From assembly GCF_009914755.1 (NCBI RefSeq), contig NC_060928.1: a stretch of DNA of 64,000 nt. One strand, 5' to 3'. The position numbers and the translations under genes were made by a program. This DNA comes from the human T2T-CHM13v2.0 reference genome, Homo sapiens. Below are positions 13,741 through 28,960 of the stretch, piece by piece. How positions within the stretch are numbered: the stretch's first letter is position 1; every line of letters begins with the position of its first letter. The notes under the pieces were generated by a model that ran no database searches, was not told the DNA's origin, and was given only the letters and a program-made list of their open reading frames with translations.

Positions 13741-14254
13741 TTTACATTTTAAAGTCCTGGACATAAGTAATGTCCAAGAAGCACAATAAAGGTGACTATC
13801 GATTTACCAGTGTTCAAAAAGTCAACATACTGAAGCTCTGCCCCCTTTGAGATGAGCCTTAACTGCAATGAAAATACATTTGTCGTACAACCAATCCTCA
13901 TCTCAGCTGAGCCTGTTAGTTCAGTCATCCATGGAAGCCCACATAATTCCAGGCTCCCTAAACTCTGCACATCCCCAAACGGCCATACAACTATAAAAAC
14001 TTTATTTGTTCTCCTGGTCCTTCCTGCCACCAGTGAGGGTCAATATTTCCAGAAGCCTGGCTATACTGAGAGAGAAAATGACTTTCACTTCTGTTTCCAA
14101 AGATAGGTTTTACCATATAATGAGACAAGCCCGTCTGTCAAATGTCAGGGAAGCTGTAGATTGCACAGAAGGCAGGCTATAACAGATGACCCAGGGGAAG
14201 TTTTTGTTAGCCAGGAAGAATAGTAAAGCCCTCTAAGCTTCAAGGTTGTTCAGA

Positions 14255-14463
14255 CCAGAGAGAGAAAGAGGAAGAACAAGAGAGGAAGAGGGGCTGGGGA
14301 AAGACAGGAGAGACAAAGATGGTGGGGAGAGGAGGAGAGAGAAGGAAGGGGAGGAAGGGGAGAGAGGATAGGAGGAAGGGCAGAGAGGAGGGGAGGAAGT
14401 GGAGAGAGGATAAAAGGGAGAGAAAGAAATAAGGTTGGGGGGGGTGGAGACAAAGAAAGAGGA
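14255..14463 (+). repeat. GA-rich low-complexity polypurine tract
   Basis: About 200 nt almost entirely G/A, e.g. gaggagagagaaggaaggggaggaaggggagagagg. Confidence 0.85.
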
Positions 14464-17159
14464 ATGCATACATGAGTTCACATGTGTGTTTTGGCTCCCT
14501 GCTTAGGGCTAGTACCATGGTTGTGGCTTAGGAAAATGTATATGGGGTAGGAATTAAGGCAGCCTCACACAGCCCATCAAATTTCAGTGAAGTCTAGAGA
14601 CAGCAATATACAATTCCCAGGCCCCCTTAGGTTGCTGGGAAATGCTGAGAAGACCTATTGATTAGGAAGGGCTTGGGCTGGGGATGAAGACACCACGGAG
14701 TGGGCATTCTGAGTATCAGCCACAGAAGGGGCCACAGGCCGCAGTGGTGCATGTTAGTGCCATACCCAGTGGATCCAGGCATATCCAGCCACAGCCAAGA
14801 GGACTCAGGTGCAAGACATCCCATGACCTGGTGAAATAGACCATAATGGAGTCCAGGGAGGCCTGAGGGGAAAACAGACCTGACAACTGCTCCCCCTGCT
14901 AATACCAGGAGGTAGGCAGGATCCCCTTGGGACTTCAGATCAGGTTTAAGGGGAGAAAGAAAAAAAAAGAGTGGGCAGAGATGCTGAAAACAACAAACAA
15001 CAAAACAAAACATGCTGGAAATTTGTTCAGAGAAAAAAATAGAAAAACTATAAGAGATTAAGTTTAAATAAAAAATGATGGAACAATCTTGAAATGGCAT
15101 AATTGAGTCTGTTGACCCCTGAAAGGTAGGAATTAAAGCTCATGAACAATTTGAGTTGAACTGCTCAACTCAACTATTTTTATACAAAAATAGTTACATG
15201 AGTCAAAGTGTGTAAACTTCAACCTATCCCTGCCACAATGCAAATGTCACTTCCTCCCTGAAACCTTTCCATTGCTGCACTTGAATGTTTTCTCTTACTC
15301 TGTGTAACTTTCCTGTGTAATCTACTTTTGATTGTCTTGGTTTATAGAAATTGCTAACTTATAGACTCATAGATGCACAGAATAAAGAAGGACCACATGG
15401 ACCATCATTTAGAACTGTTCTCCCTCCTGAAAGATAATAATGTAATCTTTGAGGGCAGAAATAATCCCTTTTTTTATAGCCCAAGCTACCATGGTAGGGC
15501 TTTGCTCATCCTAGGTATAACCAATGTGTGTTCAGCATAGGAGGTAAAGTCCTGTGGTTTTCTCACTTGCAAAATAAAGATAATAATGCTATCTTGTAGG
15601 TGGACAACATTAACCCTTCCTTCAACTTATCTTAAATCTTTTGAAAGGATTTCACCCTTTTCAGTGACAGTAGGAACCAGAGAGAACAATAAGCAAAGGT
15701 TTTGCATTGTGTAGCTTTCTAATTGTTGTTTTGTTGTTTAAACTCACATGGGCTGTTCAGAGCCTCATCAACATGGAATTGAATGAATGGACTTCTAAAG
15801 CTGACTTTGATCTCATCGGCTTAATTGAGACAGCAGCTAGATTATAAGAAAAGGAGTATTTTTATTTCCAGTTAAGCCTTGTTTCAAAGTAAGCAGAGCT
15901 GCAAGATGTGGAGTTTCTAACCTGTCAATATGTGTAATAATATCTTTATTGTTGTTTGCTTTTATTGTGTTTTCACCTAAGACTTCAGAATAGAACTTGA
16001 AAATGCAGAGGGCGAGTGAGTTCCACTGGGACACAGAAAAACTAGTATTTTAGATGTGAAACATTAAGTTGTCTTCTAGTTTTAAAGAACAATAGATTGG
16101 CTGCCCCTGAATTATTATTATTACTATCATTATTCCTCTCCTTCCACTTTCTGTCTGTCCTTTCCTTCCTCCTTCCCCTTTCTCTCCTTCCCCCTCCCTT
16201 TCCATTTTTGAGGAACCACATATAGAGAGGGTTAACAACAGGAATCTGGAAGAGCCAACTGCTTGGTTCCATATGACTTGTTCAGAGTCCTAGAGTCATT
16301 AATTCAAATTCTCCTCCTTTATCCTCCTGCTTCACTTTGTTTTTTGATTTTTTGATTATAGCGTTTCTGGCAATGGTTTTATATTTCAAATGCCTGGACA
16401 CTGGCTTTTATCATTAAAGAGTCGTGGGTTTTATTAATAAACAGAGACTGATAGTGTTTTTGATATGTTGGAAAAGCTTCTTTGAATAATGGAGGAGAAA
16501 AAGGTGCATGAGATTATCACAAACCCACAGGCCAAAAATTTACCAAGTATACCTTGTACCTGAATGCCTTCTCTCAGAAATCAAGTGATCATGGAATTAG
16601 TGCATAGACCTGGCAGAGCAGACAAACAAAATTCAAGATATTTCAGATGAACATAAGACCAGAACTCAGGAAATGGGTTTAGTTCTAGGAATAGCAGAAG
16701 AAAGCTGAGGTAGAATTAAAAAGAAGTAAAAATAAGCAGAGAGTACAATTAAGAAGAGCTCTATGATCACAGCCTATAGGAGAAAAAAGGGGTACTACAG
16801 GTGTAATTGCTCTTAAAAATGTCATGAGAAAACACAGAAGAATTCAAGAATTCTGAATTCTAACTTGATTTCCAGATTGTATTCCTATCTAGGTAGAAAA
16901 AGAGAACATATTTTATTTCTCAGTCTGTTAACTTTTTGATTTTGTTTTTTCACATTTTATTCTTTTTTTTTTACTTATTAAGTTAAAATACTTTGTTAAA
17001 AATGCATCTCCTGATGTACTATTTGATTACTCTGCCATATTTTACATATAAGAAAACCTAGATACATGAAAAAAATGTATTGTGAAGTTTATAACGTACA
17101 CGGAAGTTAAATATAGGAAAACAATAGCAAAAACAAGGGGAAGGAGGAAGTTTTCAAAC

Positions 17160-17415
17160 TGACCCTTAATCATTATGCAATGTGCCTGTTCATTCCTTGT
17201 GACAGTCCTTTTCGAAAGTCTTCTTTGTCTGATATTAGTATAACTATTCCAGCTTTCTTATGCATATTGTTTATATGGTATATCTTTATCCATCAGCTTT
17301 CTTCTCATGTATCTGTATATTTATAACAAGTTTATTATAGATAGAATATAGTCAATTCTTTCTTTTTAAAAGCAAACCTGACAATTTTTTTCTAAAATTA
17401 TGGTGTTTAGAGCAC
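17160..17415 (-). mobile_element. Ancient L1M fragment
   Basis: tttgtctgatattagtataactattccagctttcttatgcatattgtttatatggtatatcttt resembles reverse L1M sequence. Confidence 0.6.
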
Positions 17416-17426
17416 ATACACATACA

Positions 17427-17660
17427 TTTTTAAGAGACAGAGTCTTACTCTGTCATTCAGGCTAGAGTGCAGTAGCACAATCATAGCTCGCTGTAACCCC
17501 AAATTCCTGGGCTCAACGGATCCACTGGCCTCAGCCTTTGGAGCACCTAGGACTATGGGTGCTTACCACCACACATAGCTAATTTTTTAAGCTTTTTTGT
17601 AGAGATGGGTCTTGCTATGTTGCCCAGGCTGATCTTGAAGACCTGGCCTCAAGAGATCCC
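17427..17660 (-). mobile_element. Truncated AluJ
   Basis: gagacagagtcttactctgtc..aatcatagctc..tcctgggctcaa..gtcttgctatgttgcccaggctg. Confidence 0.85.
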
Positions 17661-18321
17661 TTAAATGTTTGGACAATGGTATGAGGGGCTCCCTTTATAA
17701 TGTTGTCCCAGGCCCTACCATGTTAGGGTGGACTTGCTGGTAAACATCAGAACTAGAAGTAACCAGCTTATCATCTCACGAGCATTGCTCATTCCCTTGG
17801 ATATCACTGAGTCTGGACTGCACTCAGTGCTGGGTTAGGGGAGTATAATTTTGCTCTTGGGACAGGGGACTGGCCTGTTCTCTATATTTTGTGGCTGTGG
17901 AAGTATTACTATAATAATCTATATATCTTATTGACTCTTTGGACATCTGAGAAAAAGGGGTACAAAGGAGAATTTGTACTGAACTAATTCCTGAAGGAAT
18001 CACCTCCATTCCAGAGTGTTCAGTTCCTGGAGGAAAGCATTAGCGATAAATGCATCTGGCTGAGATGCAGAAGAATGAAATACTGGAAAGAATAAATTTA
18101 GAACCTTAATTTCAGAATTAGTTTAGACTGTAATGTCATTGAACACTAACTTAAAAAGAAATGAGGATTTAATCTTTGGACTTAAATTTTTATCTAGGAA
18201 TGTAAAGGTTTAATTGTTTAAGTTTATAAATCTGGAGCATAAATTTAGGTACTAATGTTGTATTGTTTTAGTACCTTTGTGTAGTTATGGGTTGTGTTAT
18301 AGGTTAAACACACAGACTTTG

Positions 18322-18856
18322 TGTTCTGGGTTGAATTGTGTCCCCCCCCACCCCCCAAATGTATGTTGAATATATTTTCTCTCAGTTCTTATCTGAGAAC
18401 GTGACCTAATTTGGAAATAGTTATTGCAGAGGTAATTAGTTAAGCTAAGAGGAAGTCAGTATGTAGTAGGTTTGGCCCTTACTCTAATATGACTGGTGTC
18501 CTTAAAAGAACAAGAAAATAAGAAAGAGTGACTATAGACGAGACATCGCCATTTGAAGACACAGACACAGATGTAGGTGCAGATGCAGACACAGACACAG
18601 GCACATGAAGGGAAAAGACAGCCATGTGACTATGGAGCAAATTGGAGTGATGCCTCAATAAGCAAGAAACCTCAAGGATTGCCGGCAAACGCCAGAAGTT
18701 AGAAGCGAGAAAGGATTCTTCTCTATAGGTTTCACAGGGAGCATGGCCCTGACAACACCTTAATTTCAGATTCCTATCCTCTAGACAATAAATTTCTGTT
18801 GTGTTAAGCCAGCAGTTTGAGGTAATTTGTTTTGGTATCCCTCGGAAATACATACA
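18322..18856 (+). mobile_element. MLT1B/C-type solo LTR with internal (AGACAC)n-like run
   Basis: tgttctgggttgaattgtgtcccc..aataaatttctgttgtgttaagccagcagtttgaggtaatttgtt..taca. Confidence 0.85.
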
Positions 18857-19849
18857 TTTGTACTTCTCTGGTAAGCCATGTAGGATACTTTAGTGGAGAA
18901 AATTTTGGATAGGAAATAGACTAGGAGATGAATTTGCAACCTTGGATAGAACGTGGCTTTGGCTCTATCTTGATCCATTTCAGAGGCTTCTTCAGGGAAA
19001 AGCTCAGCTGCCCTCCAGCTCTTCCAAAGAGGCAGTGGGATGGGAGAACCACTACATGCAAGTGGGAGTAAGAGTGCCCCAAATAAAATGCTAATATTTC
19101 ACTCCTCCCCTAACTCTATTCAGGAAGGTATCTACATTCTGGTTGACCTAGCTGAAAAATATTAGAAAAGGCCCCACTTTTCACTCTATAAATTTCCATA
19201 ATTAGCTGGGTTCACGAGGGTGAGCTAGGGGGTGGGGTTCCACTACGCCTTCCAGGGTAGAAATTTTGGAAGATATACTTTTGATAATTTTCCAGCACTC
19301 GCTCACTTCTCTTCCTTTGGAAAAATGTGCTTTTCTAATTGATGCGATTGAAAAGAGAATACTGAACATGCATGGCTAAATCCATTTCAGTTTTTCCTTT
19401 GGATGTAGCTGCCTGCAGCATAGATTTTCTGCTTTGGTCTTCCATATAGTTAGCACATATGGGTCAGTATCTAACCTTGGTTTCTAAAAATAGGCAGAAA
19501 TTTGGGCTTTTTATGCTAATAAAGAAAAAAATAACATGTGGCTCAAAGGTTCTGAGTAATGGTGTCTGATCTCCTTCAAATGGGTCTTCCCAGGGTGTAC
19601 CTTTGGGAGTAGTATTAGAAAGCTGTTAATATGCCTGCACCTTGAAGCCGGCTTTTCTCTTTTACTTTTACCTATAATAAGGGGGATACTTTGCCTTCTA
19701 TCTAATGTTTCTGCCCATTTCTCAAGAGATATGTGTAGAAGACAGGTGTGATTGTTCACCATCCTAAACCCAAACATATGTTAAAGAGCTTATCCAGTGT
19801 AAAGCATGATAAAAATGCAACGGAACCATTTATATAGTGAGAAACAGCA

Positions 19850-20060
19850 TCAAGCCTGAAGTTGGCTCTGGATTCAAATCCTAGTTTCTTGATTAACTAG
19901 TTATTGACCCAATTACTTAGCCTACCTGAACCTCCTCTGTAAAATATCCAGCACAAAACCTATCTCACAGAGTTGTAAAGATTAAATGAGATAAGATATA
20001 TATATAACTTACTTCATTATCTCTCTATATCACCTAGCCTGGCATATAGTAGAACTCGAC
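19850..20060 (+). mobile_element. MIR SINE
   Basis: ctggattcaaatcctag..ctgtaaaata..agagttgtaaagattaaatgagataa..cctggcatatagtagaactc. Confidence 0.65.
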
Positions 20061-20883
20061 TGTGAGTTATTTTCCTCATTTCTCTTCTCTTGAACACGTA
20101 GCATTTATTTATCTCCCCCTTCCACTCCCATGCATACACATTCTCTGCACATTCATCGTGCTTATTTCACTTCATCATAATCACTTGACCTACTTTGAGA
20201 GAGGAACATGTTTTGTTGGGAATGCAAACGATTCAGTGCAACATCTATCATATATACACTCAATGAAAATTATGCTTATTTTTTTTCCTTACCAATACAG
20301 CCCCCTTGGAACTCTAAGTTTTGCCTTATGATATACCTGCATTTTAGAGTGTGATAAAATTACCCTAAGAAAACATCAGTCTACTCATTTGCAAACTTAT
20401 GAGTCTGTATCATAAGACTGGGAAGAAACCTTGTTGTTATAAAATTCTATGATTATATAAAACACCATAGTGTTATTACCCTTGAAATGATTTTGTTTGC
20501 AGTGTTTGCTTCACGTAATTTCCCTAATAATTAGCCAAATCTTATGTTTATAATGCTTTTATGCTTTTATTCTGTAGAATGATAGAGAAAAAATAAAGTT
20601 CTTCTCCTTTATCAATGAAACCACAAAAAGTATGACCTCAGTGGGTGCTTCTGTTACACTGAAGCACAAAAGAGCTAATTTAAATGTGTCATTGCCATAG
20701 GTTCAGCCTGTATTGATCAATTACTTCTTTCAGTTCACATTTACTGAGCTCAACTCTGCCAAGCCCTGTGGGTACTGGGGCCATCGAGATGAATGAGATT
20801 TCTTCCCTGCCCTCAATAGGCTCCTGATCAAAGGGGGTTGAGGGGGAAGTGCAGGGTAGTTGTCACAGTAAACATATCATCAT

Positions 20884-21293
20884 TGCATCAGTCAGGGTTC
20901 AACCACAGAAGCAGAACCGCTGGGAGACACATATAAAGAGATTTATTAAGGAATTGGCTTACACGATTGTGAGGACTATAGAGGCAAGTCTCATAGCTAT
21001 ATGGCAGGTTGTCAGGAAGAGCTGGCTGAAGTTCGTGGACTCAAGTGGAAGCTGCTGTTCACAGATGAGATTTCTTCTTCATCAGGGGAGTCTCAGCTGC
21101 TCTGAAGACCTTTCAGCAGATTGAATCATGCTCACCTAGATTATCTAGGATCAATTCTCTTACTTAAAGTCAACTTATCATGAAGTTTCATCCCATCTAC
21201 AAAATACTTTCATAGCAACACCCAGATTAGTGTTTGATTGAATAACTAGGGGCTACAGCCTAGCCAAATTGACCCAAAAAACTGCCCATCACA
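20884..21293 (-). mobile_element. MLT2 (MLT2D-like, ERVL) solo LTR
   Basis: tgcatcagtcagggttcaaccacagaagcagaacc..tagccaaattgacccaaaaaactgcccatcaca; TG..CA ends; perfect TSD atcat (20879-20883, 21294-21298). Confidence 0.85.
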
Positions 21294-22844
21294 ATCATTA
21301 TTTTCAAAATCCTCATGAATCAGAGATTGAATATAGAGCTATCTCAAAATTACAGACAATATCTGGTGAGCAAATATTGTGAGAATCTGTTACTTAAATT
21401 GCTAACAATTTCACCTCAAAAATACAATTACTAGTTTTACCATGTCTTCAAAGATTCAATACTCTTGCTGCTGTTATGTCTTAAGGGAGGAATTAGGGGG
21501 AGAAATGAGTTTTATATTATTCCCTCTAATCCATGTATGTGTGGAGGGGGAAAAATACAAGTATATAGTGGTACAAAAGAAATAGAAATGGTTACTTCTA
21601 ATAAAACATATTCCTTTTATTAGACTCACTGAATGCAGTAGTCAGCCTTTCCTAAAGTGGGTTCCACAGAACACTAGTTTCTTGAGATGAAATGCCTGTT
21701 TGCAATATTCATCTATCTATTTATCTGCATTTAAACACAAAACATGTGTTTGATGATATATGTAAATATAGGTGTGTACATTTATATGCAAACATATTTT
21801 ATAAATTTATACTTCAATTATGTGTGCGTATATATTTATATATAGAAAATTTCTGTAATAAAATGGGAGAAATGTCGAAACACATTTAAAAAGGCTTCTT
21901 TGCTACTAGATATTTCAGAGCTGTTAATATGTTGACATCATTGTCATCTTCAAAGGAGAAATTTGGAATTTAGCTTTAGTTAGACTCATTTGACCATTAG
22001 ACACCTTTATTCATGGGCTAACTCTTTGGATCATTATTCATTGCAATGGACTTTTAAGAATTGTGTAATAAAGTATTGTTTATAGGGTGAGGGATGAAAA
22101 GGATTAACAATTAAGCAACTATACAAATTCAACGAAAAATTGTGTCATGATGTGTCAGGGGTGGAAGAGAGCATAAGGGTTTTCAAGTCCAAGCACTTGT
22201 CCAATGGATAATACTTCTATTTTTCTACAATCACACAGCTGGTCAATACTTCATATATAAAAGAAACTGCAGAGTTTGACAACATGATCCATCACATTGT
22301 CTTCATCATGATTTTGATAATGCCATTTGTCTTTGTCAAAGATTTCCAACAAAAATATTTCTAAAAAGAAAACCGACTGACTAGAAGAGAAAGCAATGCC
22401 ATGCAGTGTGGTCTGCAAGCATTTGATGACTGTCTGTTACATGCAGAGCATGTGATAGCTCACCACCCATTTATGGAGGAGATAAACATGCCCCCCAACT
22501 AATTAATGCACCACAAGTCATGTCTAGTTGTAATCACATTTGTACAAAAACACAAGTGGGTCAGGCCATTTTTTTCCAGTTGTAGAATTAACATATCCAT
22601 CACCTCACATAGATACCTGTGGGGTGTGTGTGTGTGTGTGTTGAGAATCAGTAATAGTTTCTCTCTTAGCAAATCTTAAGTATATATTGCATTATTATTA
22701 ACTATAGTCACCATGCTGTACATGAGGTCTCCAGAACTTCTTCATCTTATAATTACAAGTTTGTATATTTTGACCAACATCTCCACATTCCCCCCAAGTC
22801 ACAGCCTCTGGCAACCACCATTTTACTCTGTCTCTGTGAGTTCA

Positions 22845-23982
<1,138 letters not shown>

Positions 23983-24290
23983 TGAGATCACACAGCATTT
24001 GTCTTTCTCTGCCTAACTTACTTCACTTAGTATAATAACCTTACGATTCATCCATGTTGTCACAAATGGCAGGATTTCCCTTCTTTTTAAAGGCTGAATA
24101 CTATTCCATTGTGTGTGTGCCACATTTTCTTTATCCATTAATCTGTTGACAGACACTGAGCATGTTTCTCTATTTTGGCTATTGTGCGTAATGCTGCAAT
24201 GAACATGGGGATGCAGATATCTCTTTGAGATAGTGACTGGCTTCCTTTGTGATTTATAAACATGGCAAGCTTTTACCAGCCAGCCCTTTT

Positions 24291-24822
24291 TTTTTAAATT
24301 TTATTATTATTATACTTTAAGTTTTAGGGTACATGTGCGCAACATGCAGGTTTGTTACATATGTATACATGTGCCATGTTTGTGTTTTGCACCCATGAAC
24401 TCCTCATTTAGCATTAGGTATATCTCCTAATGCTATCCCTACCCCCTACCCCCACCCCACAACAGTCCCCAGTGTGTGATGTTCCCCTTCCTGTGTCCAT
24501 GTGTTCTCATTGTTCAATTCCCACCTATGAGTGAGAACATGCGGTGTTTGGTTTTTTGTCCCTGCGATAGTTTGCTGAGAATGATGGTTTCCAGTTTCAT
24601 CCATGTCCCTACAAAGGACATGAACTCATCATTTTTTATGGCTGCATAGTATTCCATGGTGTATATGTGCCATATTTTCTTAATCCAGTCTATCGTTGTT
24701 GGACATTTAGGTTGGTTCCAAGTCTTTGCTATTGTGAATAGTGCAGCAATAAACATACATGTGCATGTGTCTTTATAGCAGCATGATTTATATTCCTTTG
24801 GGCATATACCCAGTAATGGGAT
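24291..24822 (-). mobile_element. 5'-truncated L1PA 3' end (L1PA4-like)
   Basis: ORF 24514-24756 is the ORF2p C-terminus; perfect 15-bp TSD ccagccagccctttt (24276-24290, 24823-24837). Confidence 0.95.
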
Positions 24823-25039
24823 CCAGCCAGCCCTTTTGAATTTGTAAACCCTACTCCCTGGAAGACGCTTCCTTCCAGATCATCCCTTGAAGGCTTATTT
24901 CCATCCTTCTGGCATTAGTGCCCATATCACTTTTTCAAAGGGTCGCTGCATTTCCCCAACACTCTGTCACCTAGGTCCTTTCAATCTCTACCCTGTTGAT
25001 TTTCCTTCAAAGCACATCTCGTGCTCTGTAACTGTGTTA

Positions 25040-25220
25040 TTTTATTTTATTATTTTTGTTTGCTGTCAGCCTTTCTCCTTCAACTCCGAGCCCCCATCTA
25101 TAATGCAAACTCCAAGAGTGAGGGACTGTGTCTACCTCCTTCAACTGCTTCTTTCTGGAGTCTAGCAAAGTCTCTAGTACGTAATAGATGCTCATCAAAT
25201 AGTGGCTAAATAAATGAATG
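25040..25220 (+). mobile_element. L2 LINE 3' end
   Basis: atgcaaactccaagagtgagggactgtgtct..taatagatgctcatcaaatagtggctaaataaatgaatg. Confidence 0.6.
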
Positions 25221-26393
25221 GAGTAGTATGTTTGAAACAAGTATATTTTTGCAATTTTTTAAAAGTCGAAATGGCTTTAATGTTTTATATCATTTCACTT
25301 TCACACTAAAGGAATAATTTTGGTTAATATATTTGCAATTAAAGATATTATTTCTATCAATAAGTTTTAGAAAAACTAAATTTTGGAGGCTGTAACAATA
25401 CATAGCAGTGAATTACAAAAAAGGTGAGTTTTTGACTTCACGTTTTCTAATAGAAAATAATTTAAACCATATACAACTTTAAAAAATGCATAAAAATCTG
25501 CATGAGACAGTATGTGTTATTTATACTATGTTCTTTGGCTCTGTGAGTCTGTGATGTGCATTAGGTTGTACAACAGTGGATGAGGTAGCCTCGACCTTTG
25601 GGTAGCTTAAGCATTTAGACACCTGATGGCAATCTTTCATTAAATTTGGTGTAGTAGCAGCCTCTCTGGCAGGTAGGAGAGAACACAATTTGTTTTTCTT
25701 CAGCAATCTTCATACCAAATATCTGAAAATGTTTCCCAGTGACAGACAGAACTGAGAGCTTAATGTCTTTCTAGATGAGCGTGGTGGCTTTCATCGGGGG
25801 AAAATGCTGTGGGTAGATGAGCTCAATGAAAAGCAAAGAAAAGAGGAAGGAAAATGAAGTTTATGCATGGTCCAGATACATTTAGGGACTCAGGCAGACT
25901 GCTTAGAGAGAGAGCAGGATGTGATGCTAATGGGCAGGAAACGAGTTCAGTGAGATTTATGTTGTGTTAAAATGCAGTATCATCTGGTGAGCCAGCATTC
26001 CCTCCGTTCTTCCTCCCTCCTTGATCTCTTGCCACTGCCCTCGCCTTGGCTGGGGTTGGGAATAAAAGACACAGTTTTGGGCAGAAGGGTGGATATTTCT
26101 CCTCAGGATGAATGAAAAGGGCAGGATTGAATGAGGGTGTGAAATAGCAAACCATTCTTGTGTCTCCAAGCTCATTCACTGGGCCATTTTCTGAGACCTT
26201 GATGATATAATACTGTGGGCTAAAAGCTACCTTTTATCAATAACCCACTGTGTGCTAAAATCATGCAATGTCTTCATATAATGAAGGACTTAAGTGAGAG
26301 AGGATTTGGTAACTTTCCTAAGTCATTTTGGCAGGTAGAGGGCAGAATATGGATTTGACTCTGAGGCCTAAGCACTCTCCCCCTAGGCCTACT

Positions 26394-26757
26394 TGATATG
26401 GTTTTGCTGTGTCACCACCCACATCTCATCGAACTATAGCTCCCGTAATACCCACCTGTCATGGGAGGGACCCAGTGGGAGGTAATTGAATCATGAAGGT
26501 GGGTCTTTCCCATGCTATTCTTGTGATAATGAATAAGTCTTATGAGATCTGATGGTTTAATGAAGAGAAGTTCCCCTGCACATGATCTCTCTTGCCTGTC
26601 GCCATGTAAGATGTCCCTTTGCTCTTCCTTCATCTTCTGCCATGATTGTGAGGCCTTCCCAGCCACGTGGAACTGTGAGTTCATTAAAACTCTTTCATTT
26701 ATAAATTACCCAGTCTTGGGTTTGTTTTTATTAGTAGCATGAGAATGGACTAATACA
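26394..26757 (+). mobile_element. THE1 (B/C-like) solo LTR
   Basis: tgatatggttttgctgtgtcaccacc..gagaatggactaataca; TSD ctact/gtact (4/5 match). Confidence 0.92.
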
Positions 26758-26789
26758 GTACTGCCTTCCTCCTGTGCTCAGTGCCAGCT

Positions 26790-27190
26790 TATCTCACTCC
26801 CATGGTGTAGAATACCATCTGCATGCTGACAATTCCCTACTGAATTCTCCAGCCTAAGCCTTTCTTCTGAATGAGATCCATCACTCAGCTACCTAAAGCC
26901 ATCTCCTCTCAGGTATCTCCTGGGTGCCATAACTTTACTCAAAATTAAATTCTCTCATCTTACCTCACCTTACCCAAATCCTTCTATCACAAAAAAGAAT
27001 GCTGTGTCTACCCAGTACTGACACCAAATACATGGGAGTCATCCTTGACCCCTCCTCCAACCCCACACAAAACCCACATGCAAATAATCACTAAGACCTG
27101 CCACTTCTGTCCTCAAAATAAATTACAAATATGACCCCATGTCTTAGTTTCCATTAGCTTAGACCAAGCCACCATCACCTGGACCAGGTG
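26790..27190 (+). mobile_element. L2 LINE fragment
   Basis: atgggagtcatccttgacccctcctc..atcactaagacctgccacttctgtcctcaaaata..ccaagccaccatca. Confidence 0.55.
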
Positions 27191-27615
27191 ATGAACAAGA
27201 AACAAAATTATTGTGAAATAAAATAAAAATTACACTCATATACATAATCTATTATATATAATAGAAGAATCTAGCTAGAGAACTTAGATGTATTGTTTAA
27301 AGAGGAATAATAAAATTACATCCCTTTATCCATCAACAAGTTTAAGGTTTAGAACATTACCATTATACGTGAAGAGTCTTTGATTTCATCTGCCCCCTGC
27401 TGCTCCCCCTGAAAAATCCCCACACTATACTGCATTTTGCTAATTATTCCCTTGCTTTCTCTGCAGTTCTACCATGCATGTTTGTATCTCTACATCATAT
27501 TATAATATTTTATAGTTTTGCATGGTTTTGAAATGTAAACATTTCAAAATGCAATCACAATTATGTTTAATGTTAATGTAATGCCTAATGTCATAGCTTG
27601 CTCTTTTCCTCAGTA

Positions 27616-27937
27616 CAGTCACATGTCATTTAATAATGGGGATACATTCTGAGAAATGTGCCATTAGGCTATTTTCTCATCGTGTGAACATCATAGAGTA
27701 TACAGTACTTACACAAATCTGGATGGTATAGCTCACTACACCCCTAGGCTAGGTGGTATAGCCTATTGCTCCTAGGCTACAAACCTGTAAAATGTGTGCC
27801 TGTATCGAATACTGTAGGCAATTAGAACACAAATCACTAGATGATAGGAATTTTTCAGCTCCATTATAATCTTATAGAACCACTGTTTTATATGTGGTCT
27901 TTCATTGACCGAAATGTTGCTATGCAGTACATGACTG
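27616..27937. mobile_element. Tigger3/Golem-type (MER7) TcMar MITE
   Basis: Ends cagtc..gactg flanked by TA at 27614-27615 and 27938-27939; internal gatacattctgagaaatgtg..ctaggctacaaacctgta. Confidence 0.88.
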
Positions 27938-27968
27938 TATTAATATTTTTTATAATTCCTATGTATAA

Positions 27969-28169
27969 CAGGGGTTGGCAAACTGCAGCCCATGAGCCAA
28001 ATCAAATCCACTGTCTGTTTATATAAATAAAGTTTTATTGTAACATATTGTCTATAGCTGCTTTCATGCTACAATGGCAGAGTTGAATAATTGTAACAAA
28101 CACCATATTGCCTGCAAAGCCAAAAATAGTCAAATCTGTCTCTTTACAGAAAATGTTTGCCAACCCCTG
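27969..28169. mobile_element. MER58A-like hAT-Charlie MITE
   Basis: Perfect 15-bp TIRs caggggttggcaaac / gtttgccaacccctg. Confidence 0.88.
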
Positions 28170-28960
28170 CTGTAAAGAAATCTTGCCCATGAACACTTAG
28201 AGGCATGCACAAGAATGTTCACAATAACATTGGTTTTAAGAGCATAAACCTTGAAACCACTCAAATGGTGATCAACAGGAGAAATATAACTACACTGTAG
28301 TATATTTATTCAATGAAATACAATACAACTGTGAAAATGAAGTAGCTACCTAAATCAACATGAATCCAGCCAAACCATAATACTATGATTTTAATAGCCC
28401 CAAAGAGCATATTAGGACTCCATTTGTTAACATTTAAAATCAAGCAAAACTATAATACGTTATGTAAAGATACAAAAATATGTGATTCAACTATAAGGAA
28501 AAGCAAGGGAATAATTAACAGATTACAAGATAGTCATTTTTGGAGGGCTGGTAGATCAAGAGCGCGTATGTGTATCTTATCCAAGTTTGTGATTTGCCTT
28601 TCTCTCTCTTTGAGGGTTCTTTTGATGAACTAACATTTATATTTTGAATAGTCAATTTATCATTTCTTTTTTCCAGAGATTCTCACATTATGAATCATTT
28701 AAAAAGCCTTTCTGAAAAATGAGAATTCTTTTCTATATAACTTTTGAAGTTTTAAATGTTGCCTCTCACATTAATTTTTGTATATGGCTTGAGGTACACA
28801 CTTATTTTTTTCTCCATAGAAATAACTAATTGTCCCAGCACCATTTATTGAATAGTTCCTCTTTTTCTCACTGATATACAACATCTACTCAGTCATTTAT
28901 CAGATTTTCATATATGCAATGGATCTGAGTCTAGGCTGTCTAATCTGCTCCACTGGTTTT
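28170..28960. mobile_element. Ancient L1ME fragments (forward about 28170-28550, reverse about 28580-28960)
   Basis: Forward caagaatgttcacaataacattgg..actcaaatggtgatcaacaggaga; reverse aattgtcccagcaccatttattgaatagt. Confidence 0.6.

Noticed and set aside
14627-15100. Longest ORF, 157 aa on the minus strand
   Set aside because: The N-terminus comes from T-rich low-complexity DNA, there is no recognisable domain, and this length is expected by chance in 64 kb
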